Below are positions 61,815-64,000 of a stretch of DNA of 64,000 bases, piece after piece. Source of the DNA: Octopus sinensis (lineage: Eukaryota); the NCBI RefSeq assembly GCF_006345805.1, contig NC_043025.1:9486001-9550000 (forward strand). The letters run 5' to 3'. A model generated the notes under the pieces. The model had not been told where the DNA came from. It searched no databases and saw only the letters and a list, made by a program, of their open reading frames with translations. The position numbers were made by a program, and so were the translations under genes. Numbering within the stretch: position 1 is the first letter of the stretch; every line of letters starts with the position of its first letter.

Positions 61815-62253
61815 GGCCATCTTTCATCTTGGCTATTGAATAATTGTCACATATTATTTTACAGATAAATGTCCTCTATTTACATAATATTGAGGTCTCT
61901 TTCTTTCTTTTGTTATCTTACCGTTTTTACCAATATATATATACCGGAGTAAACACATAAATGTGAAACAAGGTAGAAAAAAGAGTACTCAAATACCAGT
62001 GGTAGAGTAATATGCTTTATTTAAAGCAACAGAAAATTCAACAAAACCTGTTACTCTGGTTTCCCGTTGCCGTTCATCGGCTGTACCCTAAAATACCACA
62101 TATTCTATGCACTTTAGAAATGATTCCTGATGGACAAGGGACTTTCAAAGTCTTCATATTCTTAACTGCTGCCAAGAAGAATGGTTGGACCCTCACTTAT
62201 GTTCACATTCGGACAGCTCTCTCACATTTAGTAGCCTTCCATATTTGCAAACC

Positions 62254-63290
62254 GTCTATGTTGTGGGGTACATTCTTCGCCTGGGAAGGTTTTGGCATTT
62301 ATAAGCAGCCATCTTTCCCTTTTTCTGGTGAAGATGTAGTCAATTTGGCTAGTGTGTCTGCCAGAACGGTAGGTGACTAGGTGACTGGCAGGTTTCTTGA
62401 AGTTAGTATTGCAAACCATAAGATCGTTTGCATCGCAGAACTCCAGCAGCCTGGTTCCCTCCTCGTTGCGGGAACCAAAACCATAGCCTCCATGTACGCC
62501 ATGGAATCCCCCTGTATGTTGTCCAACATGTCGATTAAGGTCACCAGCCACAAAGAGAAGGTCCCTATCATTCGTCAACGAGGTAGTCTGCAAGAGGGTG
62601 TCATAGAATCGGTCTTTCTGTCCATCGGGTAGCCTCGGCTGAGGGGCATAGGCCAAGATAATGGTTGCTAACCCATAGTGAAGCACTAATCTAATCTTAA
62701 GTATTCTGTCGCATACTCTGACTACCTCGATTACCTTATCCACCCATTTCTCAGCAAGAAGTATACTCACTCCCCTGACCCCGTCAGTGTTTCCTGCCCA
62801 GGAAATCTTGTACCTGTGTTCTTTGCCTGTGAGGAACCTAGCGGAACCTCCTCTCCACCTTACTTCTTGGATGCAGCACATATCAACACATCTCTGTTCG
62901 AGCATCTCAACAATCTCACCAGACCTACCTGTCAGTGTGCCGACGTTGAGAGTGGGTGTGGGAGGTATGAGCCCTTGAGACCCTGGGAGTGAGAGCAGTA
63001 GCTTCATGTACCTGAAAAGAAAACTTGCATTTGGCAGAATTCATAAGCAAACAATAACCTTCTGCTCAACCTGCATACACTACACCATCATATTTTTGCA
63101 CTTTATGATCACTACCTTACATAGGAGATAACTCTAAATAGGGGTAGAGATAGCGTAAAGCCTTTAGAAGTGTTCATGGGAGACAACCAAAGGATGACAA
63201 AGGATAGGAACTTCCGGTACAGGTGGAGGGCAGGCGCACCGCGAACTAGGAAGTTTAGACGAGAGCATCTTCTGTGTGATAAACTTTAAT
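62254..63290 (-). pseudogene. RTE LINE 5' portion: APE endonuclease domain, frameshifted and 3'-truncated
   Basis: TLNVGTL, CCIQEVRW, AYAPQ, VAGDLN, RNEEGTRLLEFC, SQIDYIFT, ECTPQH: RTE APE motifs. No RT domain follows. Confidence 0.9.
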
Positions 63291-63578
63291 GGATGAATGA
63301 GTGAATGAATATGTTGCAGTTAAGGAAATACGTCAACTAAGGTTATCTTAAGGGAACAACAAGAAAAATGAAACCATTTAAAACTATATTTACATGATAG
63401 GCACAGGAGTGGCTGTGTGGTAAGTGGTAAGTAGCTTGCTAACCAACCACATATTTCCGGGTTCAGTCCCACTGCGTGGCACCTTGGGCAAGTGTCTTCT
63501 GCTATAGCCCCGGGCCGACCAATGCCCTGTGAGTGGATTTGGTAGACGGAAACTGGAAGAAGCCTGTTGTATATATGT

Positions 63579-63626
<48 letters not shown>

Positions 63627-64000
63627 CATATATATAATATATATATAGGCGCAGGAGTGGCTGTGTGGTAAGTAGCATGCTAACCAACCACATAGTTCCG
63701 GGTTCAGTCCCACTGCGTGGCACCTTGCTATAGCCCCGGCCGACCAATGCCTTGTGAGTGGATTTGGTAGACAGAAACTGAAAGAAGCCCGTCGTATATA
63801 TGTATGTGTGTGTGTATGCGTTTGTGTGTCTGTGTTTGTCCCCCTAACATTGCTTAACAACCGATGCTGGTGTGTTTACGTCCCCGTCACCTAGCGGTTC
63901 AGCAAAAAGAGACCGATAGAATAAGTACTGGGCTTACAAAAAGAATAAGTCCCGGGATCGATTTGCTCGACTAAAGGCGGTGCTCCAGCATGGCCGCAGC

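Noticed and set aside
62228-63007. Host gene of the craniofacial development protein 2-like type
   Set aside because: That label is commonly given to RTE APE domains; this copy is frameshifted upstream and truncated, so it is treated as a TE relic.

Overview
Eukaryotic, AT-rich, repeat-saturated DNA. The SINE/LINE repertoire and microsatellite load point to a coleoid cephalopod, probably Octopus (inference, not database-checked). Only two protein-coding genes are well supported, both with uninterrupted CDSs on the + strand. One is a class A (rhodopsin-family) GPCR (likely start 8240, stop 9442). The other is NAXD/CARKD, the ATP-dependent NAD(P)HX dehydratase (48804-49835), which may be a retrogene. 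The rest is tRNA-derived SINEs of at least four families, LINE relics (RTE, CR1, R4/Dong-like, Tx1/L1-like, Penelope-like ends), DNA transposon relics (Tc1, mariner, TTAA/piggyBac-type and other MITEs, non-autonomous Helitrons), microsatellites and TE-seeded tandem arrays. Almost every short ORF in the track is a repeat or microsatellite artefact, and there is no CRISPR or other prokaryotic system. The most interesting signals are: (1) SINE multimers that restart at the same self-complementary junction GAAATA-GG-TATTTC at several independent loci; (2) head-to-head palindromic pairs of a short tRNA-derived element next to (TAA)n tracts; (3) degenerate minimal hammerhead ribozymes; (4) repeated duplication of the stop-codon region of both genes. 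All alignments and coordinates were done by eye, so repeat boundaries are approximate.
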